Shown: positions 39,623 to 50,339 of the stretch, in pieces | How positions within the stretch are numbered: the first letter of the stretch is position 1 | Layout: every line of letters begins with the position of its first letter | Assembly (NCBI GenBank): GCA_964248365.1 | Contig: CAXTYC010000001.1 | Location: 332,151 to 396,150, forward strand | Length of the DNA: 64,000 bases | Reading direction: 5' to 3' | DNA from: an uncultured Chroococcidiopsis sp. | GTDB lineage: Bacteria; Cyanobacteriota; Cyanobacteriia; Cyanobacteriales; Chroococcidiopsidaceae | The notes under the pieces: model-generated | Told to the model about the DNA's origin: nothing | The model's database searches: none | What the model saw: the letters and a program-made list of their open reading frames with translations, nothing else | Position numbers and translations under genes: made by a program

Positions 39623-39966
39623 CCAGCTTTGCCTCCGGTCAGCAGCTAAACATCTGTCAGTTGCGATATCTTGGGAGATTCTAGCCCATGCGATCGCCTC
39701 TGTCTGAAGACGTGCTGCTTCGCGTCTACGCAATTTTAGAAGATTAATCCTTACCTGACAGGAGGAATATTCCTGCAATCGCGCCTTTGTACCTATGCCA
39801 GCCAAGAGGGTTACAATTTGAGGCACTCAAAGCAGGATTTAAGGCGTGACACTATCAAGTGCAGACAAGATGCAACGCTCATTTTCAAGCTTTTGTTCTG
39901 TAGGGGGAAGAAAAAGTTATCATTGCAGTGGGGTTACAAAGACTGCAATGAGCAAAGCGTGGGTTT

Positions 39967-40944
39967 ATGGACAAAGAAGCTGTGCGATCGCACTCATATT
40001 CGCCCAAACCATCAATACTTCCCACAACCTTTGCCGAAAGTGTTGCTCAAATCAAAATTTTTGCGTTGCAGGAATTCGATCGAGAAATCGTTGACAAGCA
40101 GCTTTATTATCACACCCGCGATCATGTGAGCAATGTTGTGCGACGCACGAAGCAGATTTTTCAGACGGTTAGTGCCGATTGGAAAGTTGCATCCGACAAG
40201 CTTTTTCGGATGGAATTACTGCTCGATCTTTGTGCCGATGCCCATGATATGGTTCAGATATTTGTTCCCCAAACTGAGGTTCACACTTCCAGAGTGCGAA
40301 CGCCTGGAGTGAGTGAAATGGCAACTATTGAGCGATTGCTGGAGTATATTAACGGGTTAAACCAGCAATTGGAAAAATACGATCCTGACAGCCCAGCGAA
40401 ATTAACTCATGAGGATATCACAATTATCCGAGATGCGATCGCAGCAACGATTTGTGCCTACGATCCCACCGAGCAAGCAATTTATCAACCTGATCTTTAT
40501 GACCAGAATAAATCATTATCACCAATCGCTCGTATTCTTGCCCTAGCCGATATTGGTGCGTTAGGAATAGACGGGGTAAAAGTTTACAACCAGGAAGGAA
40601 GCCTAATTGTTTTAGAAGAAAACCTCGATCTAATTCCACTTCTTTTAAATGGCACAATTTACACTTTAGGTTCAGACAATTCGGAGTATCACAATATCCA
40701 CAAACGCTTACTCAAACGTTGCCGCTTTCAAGTAAACTTTGCTAAAAGTCGGCTTGCTAGGTTTGAGCGTGAAGTTGCAGACTTTTCACCAAATGCAATT
40801 TCAAAGCTCAGCTTAGAAGTATTTAAGTACTTAAATACTTCAACAATTCAAGAAATTGAAGCGACAACACCAACCGATGAAAACGCAACTCTTGAAGAAC
40901 TACTTCAGTTTTTTCAGTTTGAGCGATATATCAACATACCTTAG
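39967..40944 (+). CDS. HD-domain metal-dependent phosphohydrolase, candidate cyclic-nucleotide phosphodiesterase
   Basis: YYHTRDH, AHD, SE, I.AT and LADIG in the order expected for the HD/PDEase fold. Confidence 0.7.
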   Translation: MDKEAVRSHSYSPKPSILPTTFAESVAQIKIFALQEFDREIVDKQLYYHTRDHVSNVVRRTKQIFQTVSADWKVASDKLFRMELLLDLCADAHDMVQIFVPQTEVHTSRVRTPGVSEMATIERLLEYINGLNQQLEKYDPDSPAKLTHEDITIIRDAIAATICAYDPTEQAIYQPDLYDQNKSLSPIARILALADIGALGIDGVKVYNQEGSLIVLEENLDLIPLLLNGTIYTLGSDNSEYHNIHKRLLKRCRFQVNFAKSRLARFEREVADFSPNAISKLSLEVFKYLNTSTIQEIEATTPTDENATLEELLQFFQFERYINIP

Positions 40945-40961
40945 AAGAATGAATATTTCAT

Positions 40962-43175
40962 TTACGAAGATTGCAATAAATTCTTCAGTTCTTGCTCTCG
41001 GTGATTGAGCCTTTCTGCCAATAAATTTACAATAAACCGATGAATATTGGATGCTAGCAGGGGATTGGAGGCTTCAATCTGCTCAAACGCTTCGGTTGGT
41101 AAAAAATACACAGTGCTTGGTTTGTCCGCCACGACAGATGCCATGCGTAGCGTTTTGCGGTAAAGTCCCATTTCCCCAATCGTATTGCCAACCGTGTAGG
41201 TGCGAATGCGCTTGGTTTGCCCTTCACCTAATTCTAGCACTACGCTTACTTGCCCCGAATCTACAAAATATAGTCCATCAAACGGATCGCCTTGCCGGAA
41301 CAAATGTTCTCCTTCAGCTAGTTGACGAATTTCCAGACATTTCATCAACTGATCGACTTGTTTTGGATCGGAAAAGTCTGCTTTTAGGTATTCGGAAAGC
41401 GATCGCGCTTCTTTTTGAGTTAGATTACTCTTTTGTAGAATTTGTTGTTCGCACCACTCAAGTCCCCGATCCAAGTCAGGAAAAACATGACAGAATGGAT
41501 CGTCTGCTTCTAGGCAATCACCTTGCTTCAGGCGTTGCATCGCTTCTGATGATAAATTGGTGAATAGCAAGTGAACCTGTTTTTGTCCGGCGACTTGCTT
41601 GAGTTTGGCAAAACTAAGAACGGCTGAAGCATCTAATCCACTTACCAGACGAAAATCTAGGATCACATATCGAACTTCCTGCGATGTGGGATGAGCGATG
41701 CGATCGCGGATTTGGTTAAGCAATTTATTCGCTGTTCCAAAGAAAATTAGTCCTTGCAATTCCAGAATGTAAATTTGATCTCCTTCTGCTTGCAGGATAT
41801 CTGTCTCTTCCTCAGTTCGCATTACATTGCTGTGATGATAAGCACCAGAGCTTACCCGTTTGGTAATTGTTAACCGACTGTAATTGATCACAAATAGTAC
41901 AAACGCGGCAATCAGCCCCACTCCAATTCCCTGGAGATAGCCCAATGTAGCTGTCACTAGGACAATCAGAACGATGATTGCGTAATCTGAACGCGAAAAT
42001 TTGAACCATCCCCGATAGAGCCATTCATAAAAAAATTCTATTCCTAGCAGGAGGGGAATTCCGACCAATATGAATTTAGGAATGAACGATAGCAGCGCCG
42101 CGCCACCTACTAGCATCGCTAGGCAGATTCCAGCGACTATCCCACCCACAAGGCGACGGTTTCCCCCTAAATTGCGAACGAGTGTATTCTCTCCTGTACT
42201 TGCAAATCCGCCGATACCGCCACCGATTCCCGACACGATTGTGCCAGTTCCAAACACTTTTAACTCATGATTAAGATCCAAATCGCGCCCCGCCAGTAGC
42301 TCAATTCCGTTTGCATTTAGCAACAGCGCCATAGAATCAATTAGCCACAGTGCTGCTAAACTCGGAATTTGCCTAGAAACGATCGCCCAGTCTGCCCCAC
42401 CTAGAGACTGGAATGTAGTAAAGTTATAAAGACCTCCAGGAGCAATTTTCGCCAGTAGCAAACCCTGAGACTGTGCCTGTGCAATTGGGGTTCCCGTGAT
42501 TGCCAACCCCACATAAAACAGTATGATCGCGCTGACAATAATCCCAGGAATCACCAAAAAATGATCGATGCGGTGAGGCAGCGCAAACATCGCAACGGCA
42601 AAAATCAGACCAGGAACCCACTGAAGCAATACATTCGGTTGAAACAATGACGCAATTGTGAAGTGGTGGTGATCGATTCCACTAATTGTATGGAACGCAC
42701 CTAAAATTAACAGCGCTCCCGTTCCTGCCAAAAAGCCGCCCACGACTGGATAAGGAATAAAGCGGACGAATCCACCTAGCTTAAACTGTCCTAAAGCAAG
42801 AAAAATCGTCCCAATGATTACGGTGTTGAGAATAATCGTGGCTGTAACTGTAATCAGCTTTTGCTCAAACGGAGCGTTTGCCATCTGCTCAAAGATTTGC
42901 CGAGCCACCAGACTCAGAACCGGAATGCTAGGCTCTGATACAGTCGCAACAACGGGGGCATAGGAACTCAAACAAGTGGCGAGCGCACTCACAACCGTCG
43001 CACTAAATATAATCAGCCCAATCCCCATAGGCATAGCGGGAGAGAGTCCCCCAGAAAAAATCACTGTGCCAAACGAAGCGGCGGTGATCACGATCAACAG
43101 TCCCATTGTCGCGCCTGCGAAGGAATTCAAGACGAGACGATTTGCAGCAGGTTTGGAATGCGCTATAGTAGCCAC
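40962..43175 (-). CDS. SulP/SLC26 anion transporter with STAS and cNMP-binding domains
   Basis: RFIPYPVVGGFLAG, ELQGLIFFGTA...VILDFRLVSGLDASA (STAS), LFRQGD...GEMGL...RMASV (cNMP). Confidence 0.92.
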   Translation of the reverse strand: MATIAHSKPAANRLVLNSFAGATMGLLIVITAASFGTVIFSGGLSPAMPMGIGLIIFSATVVSALATCLSSYAPVVATVSEPSIPVLSLVARQIFEQMANAPFEQKLITVTATIILNTVIIGTIFLALGQFKLGGFVRFIPYPVVGGFLAGTGALLILGAFHTISGIDHHHFTIASLFQPNVLLQWVPGLIFAVAMFALPHRIDHFLVIPGIIVSAIILFYVGLAITGTPIAQAQSQGLLLAKIAPGGLYNFTTFQSLGGADWAIVSRQIPSLAALWLIDSMALLLNANGIELLAGRDLDLNHELKVFGTGTIVSGIGGGIGGFASTGENTLVRNLGGNRRLVGGIVAGICLAMLVGGAALLSFIPKFILVGIPLLLGIEFFYEWLYRGWFKFSRSDYAIIVLIVLVTATLGYLQGIGVGLIAAFVLFVINYSRLTITKRVSSGAYHHSNVMRTEEETDILQAEGDQIYILELQGLIFFGTANKLLNQIRDRIAHPTSQEVRYVILDFRLVSGLDASAVLSFAKLKQVAGQKQVHLLFTNLSSEAMQRLKQGDCLEADDPFCHVFPDLDRGLEWCEQQILQKSNLTQKEARSLSEYLKADFSDPKQVDQLMKCLEIRQLAEGEHLFRQGDPFDGLYFVDSGQVSVVLELGEGQTKRIRTYTVGNTIGEMGLYRKTLRMASVVADKPSTVYFLPTEAFEQIEASNPLLASNIHRFIVNLLAERLNHREQELKNLLQSS

Positions 43176-43350
43176 TTTTTATCGAATTGCAGAATGTGAT
43201 AGCATTTTTGCATAACTTTTTCATAATACAAGTATTCTGAAGCGACCCGTTCACATCAAGCTGTAACATCTTCCTTAAGACATAACCTTGAAGGCTGGGA
43301 TTGAGAATTAAGTTTATTAAGATCATGCGGGTTGATGGGAACTTCTAACT

Positions 43351-44814
43351 ATGCAATTGCAATCAGCACTCGACTGGACAATCGCGCAAGCTAAACATCT
43401 TTTTCAAGCTTTATTAAACTTCTTTAATATCAGTTTGTTTACGTTTGGCGGAGAGAAATTTTCCTTTAAATCGATTACCGAATTAATTATTCAAGCGATC
43501 GCAGTAGTGCTGATTGCAGGCGCAATTAAGCAACTGCTAAAACAACGAATTCTGCCTCGCTTTGGTTTGGAGGTTGGCACACGGGAATCACTTTCGGCAA
43601 TTACAAGCTATATCGTTACGATTATCGGTTTTTTATTTGTTCTGCAAACAGCCGGAATTAACCTGAGTACTCTTGCTGTATTTGCTGGGGCGCTGGGAAT
43701 TGGATTTGGAATTGGACTGCAAAATTTAGCTAGTAATTTCATTAGTGGTCTGACTTTACTGTTTGAACAACCGATCAAAGTGGGTGATTATGTTGAAGTT
43801 GATAATTTAGCCGGAACGGTTGAACAAATCGCCATTCGTTCTACTACGATTCGCACCATTAACGGCGTGTTTGTAATTGTGCCAAACAGTCGTTTTCTCG
43901 ACAACAATGTGGTAAACTGGAGTTACCGCGATCCGAAATGTCGGATTGTGATTCCCGTTCGGGTGACAGAAGAGAGCGACTCGCTCACAGTGATGGAAGC
44001 CTTGCTGTGCGCTGCCCGTCAAGAATCTAGAGTTTTATCGTCTCCATGCCCAGAAGTATACTTCAAAGGTCCTAAAAAAGATACTTTGAGGTTTGAACTG
44101 TTGGTTTGGATTTCCAATCCCGTAGAGATGGATTCGATCAAAAGTGCATTGCAATTTCTGATTGAGGCAGAATTCCGCGATCGCGCTATTGACACCAAAA
44201 TAGCCGAGTCACTCGTGCTGGAAAATCTGCCTTCCCTGGCGGCGTTGCTTCAACCGTCAAGTGGGGGGGCGACGAATGGAACACAGAGCAATGCGATCGC
44301 ATCAGAAAAACCGATTGGCGGCTGGATGTTGCGCGATCTGCTGCGAAAAGTCAGCTATTTTCAACAATGCGGTGATATTGAACTGCGGCAAGTGATTGAG
44401 AAGGGATACCGCAAGAAGCTAGCAAGCGGTGAAATCATTTGCCGCGAAAACGATCCTGGTGATTCATTCTATATCATCCTGTCAGGTTCGGTCGAAGTGT
44501 TTGTCGAATCAATCGCCAAACAAGTTGCGATTCGCAGATCTGGAGAGTTTATTGGGGAAATGTCGCTGCTGATGGGTACTCCCCGACTGGCAACGCTTCG
44601 GACGTTAGAAGAAACTATTTTGTTTGTAGTCGATCGTGATAACCTGCAAAGCCTGCTAAAAAATCATCACGACTTAGCAGACAAAATTGCCGAAGAATTA
44701 TCCCAACGTCAGGAAGCTTTGAAAAGCTTGGGCATTACGATTGGCACAGCAACCCCAGAAGAAACGCCGTTTACCCAAATCCGCAAACGAATTGGAGCGA
44801 TTTTCGGGATTTGA
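43351..44814 (+). CDS. MscS-family channel with C-terminal cNMP-binding domain (bCNG-like)
   Basis: GIGFGIGLQNLASNFISG, PIKVGDYV, VPNS..L...V.NW; ICRENDPGDSFYIILSG...GEMSLL.GTPRLAT. Confidence 0.92.
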   Translation: MQLQSALDWTIAQAKHLFQALLNFFNISLFTFGGEKFSFKSITELIIQAIAVVLIAGAIKQLLKQRILPRFGLEVGTRESLSAITSYIVTIIGFLFVLQTAGINLSTLAVFAGALGIGFGIGLQNLASNFISGLTLLFEQPIKVGDYVEVDNLAGTVEQIAIRSTTIRTINGVFVIVPNSRFLDNNVVNWSYRDPKCRIVIPVRVTEESDSLTVMEALLCAARQESRVLSSPCPEVYFKGPKKDTLRFELLVWISNPVEMDSIKSALQFLIEAEFRDRAIDTKIAESLVLENLPSLAALLQPSSGGATNGTQSNAIASEKPIGGWMLRDLLRKVSYFQQCGDIELRQVIEKGYRKKLASGEIICRENDPGDSFYIILSGSVEVFVESIAKQVAIRRSGEFIGEMSLLMGTPRLATLRTLEETILFVVDRDNLQSLLKNHHDLADKIAEELSQRQEALKSLGITIGTATPEETPFTQIRKRIGAIFGI

Positions 44815-44839
44815 AAAGAAAGCTGTTAGCTGGCGCGCT

Positions 44840-44990
44840 GGTAATTGGTAGTCGGTAGTTGGTAGTTGGTAATTGGTAATTGGTAAAAGGGGAAAGGGTA
44901 AAAGGGTAAAGAGGTATTGCGGTAAAGGTGAAAGGTATTTTCTCCTTCAGCTCCCTCAGCCTCCTCAGCCTCCTGATCTCCCCCTACTTT
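44840..44990. repeat. STRR tandem repeats
   Basis: (ggtaatt/ggtagtt)n, (aagggta)n and (ctcagcctc)n. Confidence 0.75.
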
Positions 44991-45104
44991 CTTCTAGCCT
45001 TGGGGAGGAAGTCAAGCAGAATCGATTGGATTTACACTTTAATTGGTATGCTTTGCCAATAGTGCCAGGTAAAGTTTTAGTCTGAGGCGATGTCACGATA
45101 AGCA

Positions 45105-45587
45105 ATGCTAATGCTACTGTTTCATGCTGGAGACAACCTTTACGCCTTAGACAGTTCTCAAGTCGTCGAGGTGCTTCCAATGGTCGTGCTCAGAAAAATT
45201 CAGCACGTTCCAGATTACGTTGCTGGAGTTTTCAACTATCGCGGCAGTATTATTCCCGTCATTGACCTGTGCTATCTGATTCAAGGAACAGCTTGCCGCC
45301 CCCGTTATAGCACCCGCATTATCATAGTCAATCATACTACAAAAGACGGCAGAGAGCATCGTTTAGGGCTGATGGCAGAACGAGTAACGGAAACCTTGAG
45401 CCGACCTGATCTTGACCGAAAAAACGTTGAACGAGTGAACAATAATGTGTCCTACCTGGGAGAAATGTTTATGGATGAAAAGGGCATGATTCAACTGGTT
45501 CACTGGGAGCATTTGATCGCGGAAGTCCAACAGGCATCTTTATTAGCCGGAGGAAACATTCAGACGAATGGTGCAAGCAGCAATTGA
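45105..45587 (+). CDS. cheW: CheW scaffold (WspB-like)
   Basis: YAL...VVEVLP, VPDYVAGVFNYRGSIIPVIDL, STRIIIV, LGLMAERVT. Confidence 0.9.
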   Translation: MLMLLFHAGDNLYALDSSQVVEVLPMVVLRKIQHVPDYVAGVFNYRGSIIPVIDLCYLIQGTACRPRYSTRIIIVNHTTKDGREHRLGLMAERVTETLSRPDLDRKNVERVNNNVSYLGEMFMDEKGMIQLVHWEHLIAEVQQASLLAGGNIQTNGASSN

Positions 45588-46782
45588 GACAATGCTGAGG
45601 CAGAAAATTGGCTTAGATGCTAACAGCATCGGTTCTAGAACGATCGCCAGAGCAGTTGAGCAAAGGCGATTAGCTTGTGCCTTGCCCAATCAAACGTCTT
45701 ACCTACATCGCTTGCAGACATCAGCTCAAGAACTGCAAGAACTGATCGAAAGCGTAGTCGTTCCAGAAACTTGGTTTTTTCGAGACAAAGAACCCTTTAT
45801 ATATCTGAGTCAGTACGTCAAAACCGAGTGGCTAAAAGCAAATTCGAGCATTCTGCGCGTTCTGAGTGTACCTTGTTCAACCGGAGAAGAACCATTATCG
45901 ATCGCCATGACGCTGTTAGATTCTGGTTTGACTGCTCGCCAGTTTTGCATAGATGCGGTTGACATTAGCAAACGTGCCTTGCTCAAAGCGCAACAAGGCA
46001 TCTATAGCAAAAGATCCTTTCGCGGCGGTGACGGTTTCAAGGCTCAAGGGCGCTACTTTCAGGAAGTTGCAGGCGGGTATCAAGTCCGCCCGATCGTCCG
46101 CGAAAGGGTAAAATTTATGCATGGTAATCTTTTAAAGCCAGACTTTTTATCCCAGAGCAAATACCACATTATTTTCTGCCGCAATCTATTGATTTACCTG
46201 GATGATGCTGCTCGGAGCCAAGCGATCCAAGCATTAGATCGCGCATTAGCTCCTGGTGGTTTATTGTTTGTGGGAGCAGCAGAAACAGCGCAAATCACCG
46301 CCAAACACTTTACACGTATTCGTCATGGGTTCGCGTTTGCTTTTTGCAAAGAAAATCGCGCCTCTGTGCCAGATGTTAAGCCAAAGGCGATCGCCCAGGC
46401 GGTTAAAGTCAACGCCCCCGAAACTCTTGCGCCCCCGAACCCTCAAATTGCTCAACCTGTTCGTACCCAATCATCGTCCAAACTTGAAATTGCTAAACAA
46501 TTAGCCGATCGCGGACAATTGGCAGAGGCAGCCACGAATTGCGAATCTTATTTAAGTGTAAACCGCACCGATGCCCCAGCATATATTTTGTTGGGCGAAA
46601 TCTATCAAGCACTCAACCAACTTGAAAGAGCAGAACAGTCCTTTCAAAGAGCGATTTATCTCAACCCCCATTCTATTGAAGCCTTAATTCATCTAGCACT
46701 GTTGAAAGAACAACGAGGCGATCGCGCTCGATCAGAAATCTTAAGGCAGCGCGTTCAACGGCTGCTCAAAATTCAGAAATAA
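45568..46782 (+). CDS. cheR: CheR methyltransferase with C-terminal TPR (WspC-like)
   Basis: VVPETWFFRD, RVLSVPCSTGEEP, IIFCRNLLIY; TPR AYILLG...FQRAIYLNP. Confidence 0.93.
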   Translation: MVQAAIETMLRQKIGLDANSIGSRTIARAVEQRRLACALPNQTSYLHRLQTSAQELQELIESVVVPETWFFRDKEPFIYLSQYVKTEWLKANSSILRVLSVPCSTGEEPLSIAMTLLDSGLTARQFCIDAVDISKRALLKAQQGIYSKRSFRGGDGFKAQGRYFQEVAGGYQVRPIVRERVKFMHGNLLKPDFLSQSKYHIIFCRNLLIYLDDAARSQAIQALDRALAPGGLLFVGAAETAQITAKHFTRIRHGFAFAFCKENRASVPDVKPKAIAQAVKVNAPETLAPPNPQIAQPVRTQSSSKLEIAKQLADRGQLAEAATNCESYLSVNRTDAPAYILLGEIYQALNQLERAEQSFQRAIYLNPHSIEALIHLALLKEQRGDRARSEILRQRVQRLLKIQK

Positions 46783-46806
46783 GCGTTTTAACAACGGTTC
46801 TTTGCG

Positions 46807-48402
46807 ATGTGGAATCGAATCACAAATCGGATTTTACTTGGCTACTCAATCCCCCTTTTGTTTCTGCTGGCATTGAGTGCAATAGTTTACTCTTCTACCG
46901 CGAATGCATTCAAATTGCAACAAGAGGCGGATCGAACCGAAGGAATCATTAGGAATACCGATGCAATGGTAGATGGAGTCAATCGGATGATTGGCGGCAC
47001 ACGCGGCTACCTAATTTTCCCCAACAATCAGTCTTACCTGGATGCTTATAACGAAGGGCGCGAAGTGTTTGTGGAAAAAAGTAAAAGTCTGGCAGCCATT
47101 TCTGATCCTCAAACACGAGAACTTGTGAATGATCTGTATCAATTGGCTGAAAATTACGATCAAATTTCGCGGAACGTTATACAGTTGGTTAATCAGAACA
47201 ACCTAGACCAAGCGAGGGTGGAAGCGAGCAAACCTCGCATCCGAGAAGTGATCGATCGCCGCGATCGGCTCGTCACCGCTCTACAAACTCAACTGAATCA
47301 AACTTCTCAAGCTGTGAGAAACTCTCAGCAGTTTTTGCTGGGGCTAATTATCTTCGGCACAGCACTAACGATTCTGGCAACGATCCTGGCTGGGTTGTGG
47401 ACTACGTTGCCCCTCAAACGGCAACTTCCCAAAGTCGTGAATGCGGCAACTGCGATCGCAGATGGAGATCTCACTCACGAAATTAGAGTTACAAGAGATA
47501 GAACTGAAGTAGGGCAATTGCTCAGAGCGTTTCAAAACATGACCAAAAATTTGAATTCTTTGATCGCTCAAGCGCAAAAGTCGGGAATTCAAATCAGTAC
47601 GTCAACGACTCAAATTGCCGCCGCCGGTAGACAGCTAGAAGCAACCGTAAATCAGCAAGCTGCCTCTATGCACGAAGTGAATGCAACCTCTCGCCAAATT
47701 GCGCTAACGGCTGGCGACTTGGTGAAGGCGATGGACGATGTAGCTCGAACGGCTCTGGCGACAACTGAAGCAGCATCAAAAAGCCAAAACAATTTAGAAA
47801 AAATTCAAGCGGCAATGCAAAATTTAGTGCTGGCAACAAACTCAATTTGCTCAAAACTGAAAATAATGGATGAAAAAGCGAACAATATCAACAACGTTGT
47901 CACTACGATTACCAAAGTAGCCGATCAAACAAATTTATTGTCTCTCAATGCGGCGATCGAAGCCGAAAAAGCAGGCGAGTACGGTGCAGGATTTGCCGTA
48001 GTAGCACGAGAAATTCGCCGTCTGGCAGATCAATCGGCGGTTGCTACCTTAGAAATTGAACAAATGGTCAAACAGATGCAATCTAGTGTATCGACAGGCG
48101 TGATGGAGGTGGATAAATTCAGCTCTGAAGTTGCACAATATGTCGAAGATGTCGGCACGATCAGTGTCCAAATCGCTGGTTTCATCCAAAATGTGCAGTC
48201 TTTGGCTCCCCAGTTTGGAGTTGTTAGCCAGAGTATGGATGAGCAATATCGTGGGGCGGAACAAATTAGTATAGCGATCGCCCAACTAAGTGAGGCTTCT
48301 GCTCAGACAGTACAATCTTTGCAGGAAACGAATAACGCGCTCTCGCAGCTTGATGATGCCGCCCAAGGCTTACAGCGAGAAATTTCCCAATTTAAGGTAT
48401 AA
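46807..48402 (+). CDS. Methyl-accepting chemotaxis protein 1 (TM-sensor-TM-HAMP-MA; WspA-like)
   Basis: Two TM segments, CHASE3-like RGYL..YL..Y, hairpin tip [34 protein letters not shown]; ends SQFKV. Confidence 0.93.
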   Translation: MWNRITNRILLGYSIPLLFLLALSAIVYSSTANAFKLQQEADRTEGIIRNTDAMVDGVNRMIGGTRGYLIFPNNQSYLDAYNEGREVFVEKSKSLAAISDPQTRELVNDLYQLAENYDQISRNVIQLVNQNNLDQARVEASKPRIREVIDRRDRLVTALQTQLNQTSQAVRNSQQFLLGLIIFGTALTILATILAGLWTTLPLKRQLPKVVNAATAIADGDLTHEIRVTRDRTEVGQLLRAFQNMTKNLNSLIAQAQKSGIQISTSTTQIAAAGRQLEATVNQQAASMHEVNATSRQIALTAGDLVKAMDDVARTALATTEAASKSQNNLEKIQAAMQNLVLATNSICSKLKIMDEKANNINNVVTTITKVADQTNLLSLNAAIEAEKAGEYGAGFAVVAREIRRLADQSAVATLEIEQMVKQMQSSVSTGVMEVDKFSSEVAQYVEDVGTISVQIAGFIQNVQSLAPQFGVVSQSMDEQYRGAEQISIAIAQLSEASAQTVQSLQETNNALSQLDDAAQGLQREISQFKV

Positions 48403-48462
48403 ATGGAAACAATTACGCCTCATCAGGTAAATGATTGCTCAAATCACATCAGTGTAGAGAGC
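48403..48462 (+). pseudogene. Remnant of the 5' end of the WspD-like cheW
   Basis: atggaaacaa...catcaggtaaatgattgct.aatca.atc.g.gtagag matches 50340-50398; translation METITPHQVNDCSNHISVE vs METSKQHQVNDCWNQIGVE. Confidence 0.85.
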
Positions 48463-48650
48463 AGGGGGAGCAGGAGGGACAGGGGGGCTTTTGGGGAGAT
48501 GGACAAGATGAAGAATTAACTATTCTGTCTTGTGCCTTGTGTCTTCTGTCTTCTGACTCCTGACTCCTTTCCCCTTTACCGCAATACCTCTTTTCTTTTA
48601 ACTGGTAACTGGTAACTGGTAACTAGTAACTGATTTCCCTTCCTCCTTCC
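48462..48650. repeat. STRR tandem repeat tract
   Basis: (tgtcttc)n, (ctcctga)n and (ctggtaa)n. Confidence 0.75.
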
Positions 48651-48716
48651 CCAATAGGATAGATCTATACTTTGATAGATCCTCTCTACTTTAGAAATGG
48701 GTCATGGTGAGCTGGT

Positions 48717-50339
48717 TTGCATATGTTGAATCGCTGGAAAATTAGCACCCAAATTGCTGCGGGGTTTACCCTGGGCTTAGCGGTCTTTACAATAATCGGT
48801 ATTATTTCATACCGAGGTACAGAGCAGCTCATTTCAACCGCTCGTCAAGAGAAGCACACCTATCAGGTGTTGGGTGAGTTAGAAGAAATTCTTTCGTTGA
48901 TGAAAGATGCGGAAACGGGGCAACGAGGATATCTGCTGACAAGTGATAATCGCTATCTCGATCCATACAATCAAGCGCGAACTGCGATTGGGGCAAGAAT
49001 TGGCACACTCAGGGGTTTAGTCCAAGACAATCCGAATCAACAAAGCTATCTTCAAACCCTAGAACCTTTAGTCACTCAAAAACTAGCTGAACTCGATACT
49101 ACAATTCGTCTCAAACAAACTGAGGGAACAAACGCCGCGCTAAAAGTCGTCCAAACCGATCAAGGTAAGCGTTTGATGGATCAAATCCGAGATATAGTGT
49201 CCCGTATGAAAGCGGTCGAGCGGGATTTATTGCAAAGGCGATCCCAAGACGCTGAAGTTTCTGCTCGTCACACCTTGGATAGCGTGATCTACGGGATGCT
49301 GTTTGGTATTTTGCTCCTTACTCTCATCGGCATAGTTCTAAATCGTCAGATTACACAGTCGCTTAATCGCGTCTCAAAAATTGCTGCTCAGATCGCGGCT
49401 GGGGATTTAACTCAAGAAATTGAAGTTACAAAAGATACCACTGAAGTAGGGCAACTGCTGGCAGCGTTTCAAAACATGACTAAAAGTTTGAATTCTTTGA
49501 TTACTCAAGCGCAAAAGTCGGGAATTCAAATTAGTTCGTCAACGACTCACATTGCCGCCGCCGGCAGAGAGCTAGAAGCAACGGTAAATCAGCAAGCTGC
49601 TTCGATGCACGAAGTCAAAGCAACCACTCGGCAAATAGCGGCAACGGCTGGCAACTTGGCGAAAGGAATGGACGATGTAGCTCGAACGGCTCTGGCGACA
49701 ACCGCAGCAGCATCGAACAGCCAAAACAATTTAGAAAAAATTCAAGCAGCAATGCAAAATTTAGTGCTGGCAACAAACTCAATTTCCACAAAATTGAGAA
49801 TTATGGATGAAAAAGCGAACAATATCAACAACGTTGTCACCACGATTACCAAAGTAGCCGATCAAACAAATTTATTGTCTCTCAATGCGGCGATCGAAGC
49901 CGAAAAAGCAGGCGAGTACGGTGCAGGATTTGCCGTAGTAGCACGAGAAATTCGCCGTCTGGCAGATCAATCGGCGGTTGCTACCTTAGAAATTGAACAA
50001 ATGGTCAAACAGATGCAATCTAGTGTATCGACAGGCGTGATGGAGGTGGATAAATTCAGCTCTGAAGTTGCACAATATGTCGAAGATGTCGGCACGATCA
50101 GTGTCCAAATCGCTGGTTTCATCCAAAATGTGCAGTCTTTGGCTCCCCAGTTTGGAGTTGTTAGCCAGAGTATGGATGAGCAATATCGTGGGGCGGAACA
50201 AATTAGTATAGCGATCGCCCAACTAAGTGAGGCTTCTGCTCAGACAGTACAATCTTTGCAGGAAACGAATAACGCGCTCTCGCAGCTTGATGATGCCGCC
50301 CAAGGCTTACAGCGAGAAATTTCCCAATTTAAGGTATAA
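48717..50339 (+). CDS. Methyl-accepting chemotaxis protein 2 with CHASE3 sensor (WspA-like)
   Basis: HTYQVL...[12 protein letters not shown]...YLDPY, DNPNQQ and [14 protein letters not shown]3 motifs; MA domain nearly identical to MCP1. Confidence 0.93.
   Translation: MHMLNRWKISTQIAAGFTLGLAVFTIIGIISYRGTEQLISTARQEKHTYQVLGELEEILSLMKDAETGQRGYLLTSDNRYLDPYNQARTAIGARIGTLRGLVQDNPNQQSYLQTLEPLVTQKLAELDTTIRLKQTEGTNAALKVVQTDQGKRLMDQIRDIVSRMKAVERDLLQRRSQDAEVSARHTLDSVIYGMLFGILLLTLIGIVLNRQITQSLNRVSKIAAQIAAGDLTQEIEVTKDTTEVGQLLAAFQNMTKSLNSLITQAQKSGIQISSSTTHIAAAGRELEATVNQQAASMHEVKATTRQIAATAGNLAKGMDDVARTALATTAAASNSQNNLEKIQAAMQNLVLATNSISTKLRIMDEKANNINNVVTTITKVADQTNLLSLNAAIEAEKAGEYGAGFAVVAREIRRLADQSAVATLEIEQMVKQMQSSVSTGVMEVDKFSSEVAQYVEDVGTISVQIAGFIQNVQSLAPQFGVVSQSMDEQYRGAEQISIAIAQLSEASAQTVQSLQETNNALSQLDDAAQGLQREISQFKV

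Noticed and set aside
39614..40129. ORFs 39614..39826(-), 39818..40129(+) and 39846..40094(+)
   Set aside because: No recognisable motifs; they overlap the inverted-repeat element or the HD gene in other frames.
43190..43270. CRP-type site (TGTGA-N6-TCACA) in the SulP/MscS divergent region
   Set aside because: Only isolated half-sites (tgtga near 43195, tcaca near 43251), without the correct spacing.
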